IMG/VR virus record: IMGVR_UViG_3300024222_000002
DNA from: a virus
Reading direction: 5' to 3' (one strand)
DNA length: 45,525 nucleotides
Of the stretch, positions 15,560 through 25,162 are shown one piece after another. The notes beneath the pieces are model-generated. The model did no database searches. It saw only the letters and a list, made by a program, of their open reading frames with translations, and was not told the DNA's origin. The position numbers were made by a program, and so were the translations under genes. Every line of letters begins with the position of its first letter. Within the stretch, counting starts at the first letter, position 1.

Positions 15560-18510
15560 TTCACCGTAGGCACCACGACTGCCGGATTAGAAATACCGAT
15601 ATTGTGCGCCGTCTTTACAAGCGGCATGGCCACGGATGCTTGACTGAGCGTTATAGTGCATTGAGTGGCACTGCATCCGCAAGGAACATTTATGCCGTCA
15701 AACCAGCATTGCGTGGTGGAGGTAAATCCAGTGCCCGTCGCCGTGACGGTAAGATTGGGCACAAACAGTATGCCGTCCTGAGACCAGCCTTTGGCACTTA
15801 GATAGGAGTTGGCTGGCGAAAGTTTTGTCAGCACGGGGACTGGAGCCGCCGCAGGCAAAGGCAATACATTCATCACCATCTGCACCGCTGGAGCCGTGGG
15901 AATGACGCCTGTCCCTGTGAGAGAAACGTTGTCTGGGCTTGTCGATGCATCTGTCGTGAAGCGCAGCGTATCAGAAAGAGCGCCCAGCACATGGGGCGTA
16001 AAAGTCACGGTGATATTGCAGGAAGCTGATGGGGCTAGTGTTGAACCGCAAGTCGTGTTGGTGATGGCGAAATGCGTTCCCGTCACGATGGTTACGGAAG
16101 CTATGTTGAGCGTTGCGCCGCCTGAGTTTGTAAGCTGGATGACGCAAGGATTTAGCGAGACATTGCAGGAAGTATCGGGGGAGTTCTGCGGGGAGTTGCC
16201 AAAAGCAGCGGAGGTCGGGTTAAGGGAGACTCCCGGAACCAATGCCCCGCTTGTCAGAAAGTAGTTGTCGATATTAGTGTTTGCCGTAGCTACCGCAGAG
16301 ATGTAGTTTCCATAAGGAGGCCCATGCAGGGCGAGTTCTCCGCCACAATTCCTTGCAGCCGTTGGCGGCTGGCAGACAACTACTGCTGTCGTTGTCTCGG
16401 CAGGGGTATAGAGATTGCCTCTGATTGTCTCGTAGCCCCAGGCATGTTTGTCTGACCAATCCGAATAGTGTTCCCATGACCAGTACCCAAGGTAGGGATG
16501 GAACGTACCGCCTGTATATTTCTTGGCGGTCAGAGCATCAGCCGAAGATTGGAAATCCACGCCTCTAGCAGTCTGATTGGCCGACCCGCCAACGTTGTTG
16601 TCGTCAAGATAGAGATTGCAAGTCGTGGGAGAGCCGCTGTTTGTCTGCGTGTAGACGAAGTTCGTAGACGTGACGCTAGTAGCCCGGAATTGCAAGCGAT
16701 TATAGGAAGAGTCCGCGCAATTCACGTCAAAGAGGTCAGACGTGTTGATTTTATTAGGCGTAGCCACAACGACAGTCACCGTCGAGCCAACACTGGTTGT
16801 GGGGCTATTCACCCATTGAAATTCTGAATCCCTGTTAGAAACCTTGTAGAGAACTGCAAAAATAGGCTGATTCGGGCAGGCCGCGTTCACTCCATCAAGA
16901 GTTCCTTGCGCTATATCTCCTTGCGCCGCTGCATACATCCAGGCGTCAGCGTTGCCGCAGAATCCAGCCATGACATAAGGGTCTGGAACCATCGTCCAGG
17001 TTCCTAGAACGGTCGGGCCTAAATACATCGGGCAGCCAGTGAAGCTCTTTGTCGCCGCCCACGTGCAGATGGAGTTTTTAATCGTACTGCTGTAGAGACC
17101 GGCAATGTACTGGGTGAAGGCGTTCACGTCCGTTTTTACGTTGGCGGGGAGGCTTGTCAGTTGCACAGGGTCCGTTCCGCCACCCGTTCCGCAATAAGCA
17201 GAATGCCCTGCCCTGCAATCTTCGTCCATGAGGCCTGTACCAATGCCCCAGCCGTTCTGGACGTAACGGGCGGTGATGGTCGCTCCGTTAGCCGGTGGGA
17301 GTGCAAATGTCACGCTGATAGCGCCGGTCGTGTAATTGACCGTACCGGAAATAGTCGCCCCGAATAGAGACGTGCCCGCTGAATTGAAAGCCCCCGAAGC
17401 TCCTCCGCCTACCAAAGTCCCATTGAGGAAAACGCCAACGCTCCATTTTGTGACAGGGATATGACTTAATGTTGCCGCGAATGTGGTCGTAGAGGCATTG
17501 CCGGTTCCAATCGTATCTTCCGCTACGGACGAAGCGCAGGTAACTGGAACCGTCCCCACACAGGTACCGGAGGAATCAAACGTCGTGAAAGATGAACCCC
17601 ACGAAGTATTGAGAGCGCCGATGGTTCCATACTTCGCTACCAGATTATCTCTCCACTTCTTTTTCCAGTAGACCGCTCCGTCAGGATAAATCACTCCACG
17701 CGAAGAGTTTGCCCAGTTGAGTGAAGCCAGAAAGAAAGGCAGGTACCCGCAGCGAAAGTCATTGTTTCCTGTAGGAGCGGTGTTTGCCTGATTGCCTGCT
17801 CCGAAACAGTGCGTGTTGTCGGAATCGTCATAAGAAAACCCCAACAAATAGCCTTTGTTTGCCGCGCTGGAACTTCCGAGTTCAATCGCACCTTGGTCAT
17901 TGGTCAAAACGTTAGCAGAGAGTGTCGCCCATTTAGGGTCAGGATAATCGGCCACTCCGCCGCCTACATTCGTGTAGCCTGCCCAGTTTGGGCTGGTGAT
18001 TGAAATGAGATTCTTGACAGGGCCGCTGCCCCATGTCGTTGACTGGCTGGTCTGCGAATAGGTGGACATGATCTGAAACGCTACAAAAGGCATCTTCTGC
18101 GTAGAACGAGCGGGTTTGGCGTTGATAGTGACGTAAGTAGCAAGAGTATTGAGGCCAAAGGCTTTTACGCGTGGCATTTCTTCCTGAATCCAGTTGGTTG
18201 TACTTCCGTATTTGGCGGTGATGTAAGTCAGATAGCTGGTGCTGCTTTCATCCGTTCCGCCAACGAGTGTTGCATCGAAACCAATCGTGCCGCGCGTAAA
18301 AGGAAAAACGTGAGCCAATGGCGTGCAGAATACCGCTTGCTGGTCTGTTCCAATCGTCACTGTCGTGATCTTGAACGCAGTATTGGTGTTTGTGCAGGGA
18401 ACTGCTGTTAGTCCAAGGTAGGTATCAAGAGACGGCGGAGTGTAGGTCCATTGCGCTGCCGCTACGGACGGAATGAGAAGCAGAAAAGCCAGTCTTAGTA
18501 AAGGGTGCAT
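15556..18510 (-). CDS. Signal-peptide-bearing glycoside-hydrolase-like protein with a choice-of-anchor-D/PapD-like module (984 aa)
   Basis: 'MHPLLRLAFLLLIPSVAAA|QWT'. 'LVAKYGTIGALNTSWGSSFTTFD' resembles a clan GH-A (GH42-type) segment. 'IQLTNSGGATLNIASVTIVTGTHFAITNTTCGSTLAPSASCNITVTFTP' is choice-of-anchor-D-like. Confidence 0.55.
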   Translation of the reverse strand: MHPLLRLAFLLLIPSVAAAQWTYTPPSLDTYLGLTAVPCTNTNTAFKITTVTIGTDQQAVFCTPLAHVFPFTRGTIGFDATLVGGTDESSTSYLTYITAKYGSTTNWIQEEMPRVKAFGLNTLATYVTINAKPARSTQKMPFVAFQIMSTYSQTSQSTTWGSGPVKNLISITSPNWAGYTNVGGGVADYPDPKWATLSANVLTNDQGAIELGSSSAANKGYLLGFSYDDSDNTHCFGAGNQANTAPTGNNDFRCGYLPFFLASLNWANSSRGVIYPDGAVYWKKKWRDNLVAKYGTIGALNTSWGSSFTTFDSSGTCVGTVPVTCASSVAEDTIGTGNASTTTFAATLSHIPVTKWSVGVFLNGTLVGGGASGAFNSAGTSLFGATISGTVNYTTGAISVTFALPPANGATITARYVQNGWGIGTGLMDEDCRAGHSAYCGTGGGTDPVQLTSLPANVKTDVNAFTQYIAGLYSSTIKNSICTWAATKSFTGCPMYLGPTVLGTWTMVPDPYVMAGFCGNADAWMYAAAQGDIAQGTLDGVNAACPNQPIFAVLYKVSNRDSEFQWVNSPTTSVGSTVTVVVATPNKINTSDLFDVNCADSSYNRLQFRATSVTSTNFVYTQTNSGSPTTCNLYLDDNNVGGSANQTARGVDFQSSADALTAKKYTGGTFHPYLGYWSWEHYSDWSDKHAWGYETIRGNLYTPAETTTAVVVCQPPTAARNCGGELALHGPPYGNYISAVATANTNIDNYFLTSGALVPGVSLNPTSAAFGNSPQNSPDTSCNVSLNPCVIQLTNSGGATLNIASVTIVTGTHFAITNTTCGSTLAPSASCNITVTFTPHVLGALSDTLRFTTDASTSPDNVSLTGTGVIPTAPAVQMVMNVLPLPAAAPVPVLTKLSPANSYLSAKGWSQDGILFVPNLTVTATGTGFTSTTQCWFDGINVPCGCSATQCTITLSQASVAMPLVKTAHNIGISNPAVVVPTVN

Positions 18511-21500
18511 GTGCTTCCCCTCAGAATCGTCACAGTACCAGCCCCGCCTGCCGCTGCTTGGATTGCAAACGTTCCTCCTGCTCCTGGTTCTTCAATCGTT
18601 CCGTAGATGCTGAACTGATAGTTCGTGGAAGTGGCGTTTGGCGTTGCGCCGGTCAGCACAGCCTGGTTTCCGCTGGAAGTTGTCGTGACTGTCGCGTCCG
18701 TGCTCGTACCGGTCAGTGTCGTAAAGATTCTTGCGCTGGCCATGAGACTGGTTGGCGCAACGGACGAGTTAACGGAAAGGGCCAAAGTAGCCGTAGAAGC
18801 GGAAGAGGAATATACTCCACGGCATTCATAGCTATAGTTTTGAGCCGAAGCAGGCAGCGTCCAAGTCTGAAATGTAGAAGGCGTCGTGGTGGCGTTGGTG
18901 TAGCTCGCAGTGACTTGCGGCTGATTGTTCGCGCTTAGAAGCAGTCCGCCGCGACTCCCGGCAGAGCCAGACCCGATACCGATAAGGCTTGCAGCCATAC
19001 GGCTGACCGTTCCATCAATACCGCCCGTATCCGTGTTGCCGGTATTAAAGAAAGCCACGCAACGAGTGCCGGAAGCGCAGGACATGCCGCCAGCGCTGAA
19101 CTGCGCGTTTTCATTGCCCTGAGAGTTTATTCCCAGTTTTCCGCCAGCAGGGACATAGATGTTTCCATTGAAATTAAATCCGTTGTTTGTGTTCGTGGAA
19201 GAGGACGTGTTTTTTACGGCCACAAGCGATTGAGCGTTTAGGCCAGTTCCCGGAGTAAGCTGTACCTGGAAGCATCCTTCTGTCGATGCCCCCGCTCCAG
19301 TCCATTCCTGCCCGCAAGCCAGGTTAACGATTGGCCCGTTTTGCGGCGTTGTAACCGTAGCCGCTGTGTTGTTCGTAATCTTCCATGCATTTGATAAGGC
19401 AGTCGCATAATCCCATTCGGAGAGATGCGTGCCCATCGTCAGAGCAAGATTTCCAGTAGCGGGGTTGGTAATCAAATCCCATGCCGAAGAACCTCCGCCA
19501 CCGCCACTGCTCGAAGTTCCACAAAGGATGCCTGTCGTAAGGCTGAAGTTTAGGTGCTGGCCTGCGGTATCGAGACAAGGCGGGAATGCGGCGAAGGTCG
19601 GGACCTTCAAAGAAAGCCATGAAGGAGTGTTGTCCGAGGTGACATGCCCTAACCAGCCGGGGAAGATGACACTGGAACCACCTGCTCCACTGCCGTCAAT
19701 CGTATTCGGGGAAGTCGCTGTAAGAGTCAAATTACCGGAATTGCCATTGAACGCCTGAAACGGCATGTTCGAGCCGAAGTTAGATGCAATGGCCGGTAGA
19801 GTGACTGTGGCCGTAGTCCCGCCAGTACAATTTAATCTCGAGGCTCTGTCTGAATAAAGTAGTGTATAACCGGAACAGGTCTGAGTGTTGACTGGAATAC
19901 CAAGCAGGGCATCCGAGGGCGCAACAGCAGCCGAAGCCGTGACTGCATGAACGCGCACATATGTCCCGTTTACAGTCTGCGGAGCATTGCCCCCTAGGGT
20001 CGAAGAAGTCCCCGCGCCCGTGTAATAGGTATCCGCATATTGCGGTTCAGGCGTGACAGTTATGCTGCCTGCCGAGGAAGTGGCTTCCGTCTGGCAGTTC
20101 CCTCCCGTACAGGTAAATATTTTCCCTGATAGGACGTTGATCGTTGCGCTGGCTGCCCCGTCCAATGTGCCGGAAGTAGTATTGATGGTCAGTACGTTTC
20201 CGGGGACGTTGTCCACGCGCAAAATCGTCCAATGCGAACCTACGATTGCAGGATTCAGAGAGATAGTGAAGCCGCCAGCACTAGCATCGGCTGGAATGAT
20301 GTTGTCGTTCGCCGTCGGTGTATAAGAACTCGTTTTTGATGCCGTTGGAGTACTAGCGTATCCGCCTCCTAGAAACTTTGGCGCGGCTATGCCTTGCGTC
20401 CCCGGCATAAGCATCGTTGGTCCGCCGGTTGGAATGGTTTCCGAGACTTGCCCGCAAGTGCCTGCCGCTGTATCCGAAAAGGAAGTGGTCGTAATCAGCC
20501 CGCCGCAAAGGATTGCGAATCCGCCACCAGTGCTTCTGTATAGGTTGTAGCCCGTGGGATTACCGGGGGCGGCAATCCAGCTTAGATTGACTGTCTGGTT
20601 TCCGCCCGTTGTCGTGAACGACGCCGGAGCAGAATATCTCCCCTCTCCGCCGTTCTGCCAGACCGGAACTACTCTGTAGGAAATGGTTCCGACAGGTACG
20701 GAGCCGCCTGCCGCGACAGCTCCAGTCGGCGGAGCAAGCGCCGGAGCGTTTATGAATATCGAGTGCAGAGTTCCAACCCATATGTCGCCTTCGATAATCT
20801 GCTGCAACAAAGGACTTCCGGGTGACATGGTGGAGCTGTGCCCAGTGCCAGTTATTATTGCGGCATTTCTGGTATATCCAGCGCCCATTGAAACCCCTAT
20901 GACTGGAGTTGAAAACCCACTGACAAGCGGAGGAACGCTCACACCATCATTGCTGGGGCCTGAAGCCAAGTCTTCTACGGTTATTTTTGAGCCAACAGCG
21001 TTTAGATTGGCGAACAGCGGCAGACCTACCGTATCTATGGCCGCATAGCCGAGATGGATAAACTGATTTGCTCCACCACCTACCATCGTAATCAGCGGAG
21101 TTATTCCACCATTCATGTAGAGCGTTTTGATGGGGATTGTATCCCCGAACGGCTGAGAAGGAGTCTTGAATACCAGGCCTCTTCCGGCGAGAGAGATGTT
21201 CTCCATGAGGTACCCGGCAGGGCTTGCATAAAAAGCTGGAGTCGTACTATCGCCTACGCTTACCGTTGGAGAAGAAAACAGCCAGTTCCCTTTCATGGGA
21301 ACTTTTGTTGCTCCGCTGGCTCCTGCGGGTGCGCCGCGAGAGACTAGCCCAATCCCCATGTTCCCGCCGATTACAAAATTCATGCCTCCAAGCGTGCCGC
21401 TGGGAACCCCGGAAAGGTCCATAAGCATGTAGACTTTGTTGTTCGTCCCAGTGGCGTTAGTCCACTGAATGGAATCCATGTTGATTGCGCCATTAGCTTG

Positions 21501-23858
21501 GTAGGCTCCGGGATAGGCCGGTCCTGTCGAGATGGTTGTGTAACCCTGCCAAGCAGAAGAAGGAACACTTCCATTAGCCGGTGGACATGCTCCAGACCAT
21601 TTCCCCCCAGAGGCTAATTGCACGGTGTCGTTCAGAACCACCGTACCCAATTGGCAGATGTCGTACTGCGAAGGCATTTGCATGTAGGAATTGAAGACCA
21701 TGTTTCCGTTGGAAACAGTAGAGACCGGGATGTTCAAAGGAGCATTCGCGGATGCGGCCAAAGCCGTCAAAAGATTCGGCACGTTGTCGAACAGCACGAC
21801 TTGATTCGTTACGGAAGTCGAAGCCGCATTAGCAAGTGTGAAGCTGGTTCCCGGTGCTCCACTGACAATCGTTGTGACGAGTTCATCATTCTGTGCGGAG
21901 CCTGCTGTGCAAGGATTAGTGCCAGCCCAGTAAGGAACGAGGAAGTTATCCCGCAAAGGTGAGCCAAGGTCATCCCATGCCAAGGCCATGTCGGTGATGC
22001 TGGCTGCTGTGTTGTCGGGAGCGGAGATTCCGATAGGGACGTATCCAGCCCCGCCACGGTCTGAGCAAATGATGTATTGGTGCGCTCCAGCGACATGGCT
22101 CCAAGAAACAAGATTTTCATTGAACCAGTGAACCGTGCCGCCTGTTGCGGAAGTCGTTGCTCCTGAAGCCGTGTCAAATCCACTCGTATAAGTGAAGTGG
22201 GTGTTGTCTGGAACCGTGGCCAGAATATACGTGCCGGAGAAACTTCCATCACTGACCTGATTGATGATGACAGCGGCTCCGGCAATCAGTTCGTGCACGC
22301 CTGAAGTGAGGCAAGTGACAGTCTGACCGGAACGGGCGCAGGAAGTAATGCCAACCGACCGCGCACCAAGATTAGCTTTGCCGTTCGTGATGGTCGTTGC
22401 GGCGCTCGCTACTGTCATGCCCCGGCCCTTGTCTACGGCCACAATCTTGTAGTTGTAAGTCGTGGCTCCGGTTGGCCCTGTTACCACAACCGTTGTGCCT
22501 GTAGGTCCAGCGGCTAGGCTGGGAACGACAGTTGGGACTGGGGCAGTCATGGACTGAGGAGCACCGCCCCCAACGATTGTGATGCCGTCGCCATTCGTAA
22601 AGCACTGACTGCTTGCCTGAGCAGGGCAGTTGCTTGTGGAGACGGTCAGAGAAGTAGACGTGCTGTTGATCGTTCCGGTAATTCCAGGTACGCCCGGAAT
22701 AAAGCGGGAGTCTAGTGCCCTGACACCATAAGCCCGTGGGTCCACATAAGGGTTAGGCCCTTTGGGAATGGAATCGTCGCCAATCGAAAGAGCAGTCCCG
22801 TTCTCGCAGACGTTCGATGCCCCGAAAGAGCCGGAAGCGTTCTTTTGCAGGCAGTTTAGAGGGTTAGCTGGTGTACCGCCTCCGCCGCCTCCCGTTCCGC
22901 CGCCTATTCCTATCCACAGAGCGCCTGTCCAGGAATACAAAACTCTGTTGCAGTGCGAGGCTGTCGTATCGAAGGTGAAGCCTTGCGGGTTGCTGACGTT
23001 TCCAGGGAAGGCAAATGTCCTTCCGCCAACGCCATCCTGACAGGCATTAAGAATGAACTGCGTGCCTGCTCTTCCGGTAGTCGTAAAGACGGAAGAAGTC
23101 ACGTTTCCAGTGAGCGTCATGTCGAAAACGGCGGAACGCGAATTGGAAAGTGTAGGAGTGGCTGAAAACGTTACGGGGTAATAGTCGAGTGCCCCGTCCG
23201 GTATGTTGTCCAGCTGATGCCAGTTCGTGCCGTTATAAACAAAAGTAATCTTGTTCTTGGCTAGCGGCAGAATCCTGAAAGCGAAATCATCCGCAAAGAT
23301 GAAGTTACCGGGCCAAACTACCGTGTGACCGCCTGTTGCGTCCTGGTCAAAGGAAAACCGCAAGAGATTTCCGTTTACCGGAGTCCCGGTAATCGTGATG
23401 GCCGTGATGTTGGCTGTCAGTACCGTGGAATAGCTGGCATTCTGGGTTGCGGCAAAAGACGGCGTGGTAGAAAAGGTTACGGAACTATTCGGCAGTCCTC
23501 CAGCAGATGCGCACGAAGCCCCTACGATGCAAGGCAGAACGACGGTAAATGGCCCATGCGCAACGACGTTTAACCCCGTGACGGTGTATTCATAAGTTCC
23601 AGGAGCGGCCCAAAAGGAGAAGTTTCCGAAGGCATCCGTGATGATGGGATTGGATTGGGCAATTGTAAGGGCTTGGTCCTGAAAGATATTCACCGTAGGC
23701 GAGCAAGGAACGCCGGGAGAACCAGCCGTACAGACAGTGACTTGCGCTCCGCCAACTGGCCTTCCTGTCGAGCCAAGAATGATGGCCTGATAGTTACTTC
23801 CCTGCCCATAAGCCAGAGCAGGGAAAAGAAGCGCCAGTGCTAGAAACCATCGTTTCAT
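18495..23858 (-). CDS. Signal-peptide-bearing giant fibre/tailspike-like protein (1787 aa)
   Basis: 'MKRWFLALALLFPALAYG|QGS' followed by a carboxypeptidase-regulatory-like 'ILGSTGRPVGGAQVTVCTAG'. FN3-like 'YNYKIVAVDKGRG' and 'GYNLYRSTGGGF'. Poly-Gly linkers. ATGA-coupled to the upstream gene. Confidence 0.6.
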   Translation of the reverse strand: MKRWFLALALLFPALAYGQGSNYQAIILGSTGRPVGGAQVTVCTAGSPGVPCSPTVNIFQDQALTIAQSNPIITDAFGNFSFWAAPGTYEYTVTGLNVVAHGPFTVVLPCIVGASCASAGGLPNSSVTFSTTPSFAATQNASYSTVLTANITAITITGTPVNGNLLRFSFDQDATGGHTVVWPGNFIFADDFAFRILPLAKNKITFVYNGTNWHQLDNIPDGALDYYPVTFSATPTLSNSRSAVFDMTLTGNVTSSVFTTTGRAGTQFILNACQDGVGGRTFAFPGNVSNPQGFTFDTTASHCNRVLYSWTGALWIGIGGGTGGGGGGTPANPLNCLQKNASGSFGASNVCENGTALSIGDDSIPKGPNPYVDPRAYGVRALDSRFIPGVPGITGTINSTSTSLTVSTSNCPAQASSQCFTNGDGITIVGGGAPQSMTAPVPTVVPSLAAGPTGTTVVVTGPTGATTYNYKIVAVDKGRGMTVASAATTITNGKANLGARSVGITSCARSGQTVTCLTSGVHELIAGAAVIINQVSDGSFSGTYILATVPDNTHFTYTSGFDTASGATTSATGGTVHWFNENLVSWSHVAGAHQYIICSDRGGAGYVPIGISAPDNTAASITDMALAWDDLGSPLRDNFLVPYWAGTNPCTAGSAQNDELVTTIVSGAPGTSFTLANAASTSVTNQVVLFDNVPNLLTALAASANAPLNIPVSTVSNGNMVFNSYMQMPSQYDICQLGTVVLNDTVQLASGGKWSGACPPANGSVPSSAWQGYTTISTGPAYPGAYQANGAINMDSIQWTNATGTNNKVYMLMDLSGVPSGTLGGMNFVIGGNMGIGLVSRGAPAGASGATKVPMKGNWLFSSPTVSVGDSTTPAFYASPAGYLMENISLAGRGLVFKTPSQPFGDTIPIKTLYMNGGITPLITMVGGGANQFIHLGYAAIDTVGLPLFANLNAVGSKITVEDLASGPSNDGVSVPPLVSGFSTPVIGVSMGAGYTRNAAIITGTGHSSTMSPGSPLLQQIIEGDIWVGTLHSIFINAPALAPPTGAVAAGGSVPVGTISYRVVPVWQNGGEGRYSAPASFTTTGGNQTVNLSWIAAPGNPTGYNLYRSTGGGFAILCGGLITTTSFSDTAAGTCGQVSETIPTGGPTMLMPGTQGIAAPKFLGGGYASTPTASKTSSYTPTANDNIIPADASAGGFTISLNPAIVGSHWTILRVDNVPGNVLTINTTSGTLDGAASATINVLSGKIFTCTGGNCQTEATSSAGSITVTPEPQYADTYYTGAGTSSTLGGNAPQTVNGTYVRVHAVTASAAVAPSDALLGIPVNTQTCSGYTLLYSDRASRLNCTGGTTATVTLPAIASNFGSNMPFQAFNGNSGNLTLTATSPNTIDGSGAGGSSVIFPGWLGHVTSDNTPSWLSLKVPTFAAFPPCLDTAGQHLNFSLTTGILCGTSSSGGGGGSSAWDLITNPATGNLALTMGTHLSEWDYATALSNAWKITNNTAATVTTPQNGPIVNLACGQEWTGAGASTEGCFQVQLTPGTGLNAQSLVAVKNTSSSTNTNNGFNFNGNIYVPAGGKLGINSQGNENAQFSAGGMSCASGTRCVAFFNTGNTDTGGIDGTVSRMAASLIGIGSGSAGSRGGLLLSANNQPQVTASYTNATTTPSTFQTWTLPASAQNYSYECRGVYSSSASTATLALSVNSSVAPTSLMASARIFTTLTGTSTDATVTTTSSGNQAVLTGATPNATSTNYQFSIYGTIEEPGAGGTFAIQAAAGGAGTVTILRGSTCTLY

Positions 23859-25162
23859 TGAAATAGCCCCTTGCTGCCGTTTATCTGCAGCTTTTGCTTC
23901 TCTGCTACATAAGCGGGAATGTCCGCGTCAGCCATGCCGTTGGGAATTGAAATGTCAGGAATCCCCGGAGTTTTTGCCCACCTGATACCCATTGCGTTAG
24001 AAATTGTGTACGGCTTTCCCTCTGACGAAAAGCTGGTGACTTCCTTCGGGGGATTGAATCCTTCGGGCGGCGTGTAAATCACCTTGTTGCCGATTTGCTG
24101 GAGCTGCGTGCCAGCGCCCGGTGTCCCGCTTTTCCCCATGCCCACTAGTTCATTGCGCGGAACAGAACCCATGTACTTCGGGTTGATTGGAGAAACTGCT
24201 TCGTTTGGCTCCGGCAACTGAATCACGCTGCCATACGGGATTTCACCTTTTGGCGTGAAAGGATTCGTGGCAATCGGTGCAGCCTGTGCTTGTGGAGAAA
24301 ATGGGTCGCCACGAAGATTGGAAGGCAAACGAGTCGGCAATTTAGAAGAAAAACCGGGATTCTCAGGACTACCTACTTCCGGCTCGACTGCATTGAGTTT
24401 GTCGAATTTTGCTGCAATGCGATTTATGGAATTTATCTCGGCCCCGCGATTCGCGTAAAACTCATCAGCGGCAGGAAGCATTGCACCTGGATAGACAGGT
24501 TTCGGGGAAGGCTTGAACATTGCTTCCATCATGGATGGCCCCATTCTATAACCAGCTGCGCCGCCAGCAATCGCCCCGTAAGGACTTCCATGCGATAGCC
24601 CGTAAGCACTGCCTATTGCTGCGCCGCCAATCTGAGAAGCCGTTCTGACGCCAGGACGCATATTGCCATCAGGTGAAAATGCCGCATCGCTGATAGCACC
24701 TTTTGTTCTTCTCAGTGCTTCCGGGACAAGAGGAGATGCAGCTTGAACCATAGGAGCCGCTGTTGCGCCCCAAACTCCTGAAGTATCTCCGCTACGTGCA
24801 GCTTCTTCCATGGCGGAAGCGTTCGTAAAAGGAAGTGCAGCCCCGACGCGGTAAGCTAGTCCTGCACCCTCTTTTTTCCTCCGCTCATCAGCTTGGCGCG
24901 AAGCATCGGCCATTGCGGACTTGGCTTCTAAATCCATTCCGGGATAAGGACTAACGCCAGAAGGAATGAATGCTTGACCGAAATTGGATGCAAAACCTCC
25001 ACCTTCTCGGTCACTTCCCGGCCTATCTTTCTCGAACTGTGTTGGCTGAGAAGAAAGCAGTAGCGCAATCTTCTTTTGCATCGGATGGCCAGTGGGCAGC
25101 TTCCCCGCAATCTCTTGCAGGTCCGCAACGTCTTGCTGGCTCAGATTCTGGTCATCAGCCAC
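23855..25162 (-). CDS. Virion/internal protein candidate (435 aa)
   Basis: Position between the internal-protein block and the fibres. Glycine-zipper segment 'IGGAAIGSAYGLSHGSPYGAIAGGAAGY'. Confidence 0.4.
   Translation of the reverse strand: MADDQNLSQQDVADLQEIAGKLPTGHPMQKKIALLLSSQPTQFEKDRPGSDREGGGFASNFGQAFIPSGVSPYPGMDLEAKSAMADASRQADERRKKEGAGLAYRVGAALPFTNASAMEEAARSGDTSGVWGATAAPMVQAASPLVPEALRRTKGAISDAAFSPDGNMRPGVRTASQIGGAAIGSAYGLSHGSPYGAIAGGAAGYRMGPSMMEAMFKPSPKPVYPGAMLPAADEFYANRGAEINSINRIAAKFDKLNAVEPEVGSPENPGFSSKLPTRLPSNLRGDPFSPQAQAAPIATNPFTPKGEIPYGSVIQLPEPNEAVSPINPKYMGSVPRNELVGMGKSGTPGAGTQLQQIGNKVIYTPPEGFNPPKEVTSFSSEGKPYTISNAMGIRWAKTPGIPDISIPNGMADADIPAYVAEKQKLQINGSKGLFQ

Noticed and set aside
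18495-23858. The 1787-aa ORF as a tape-measure protein (which would imply a siphovirus or myovirus)
   Set aside because: Its composition is Gly/Thr/Ser/Asn-rich and beta-type with a signal peptide, not the long alpha-helical profile of a tape measure. No tube, sheath or chaperone-frameshift genes are nearby.
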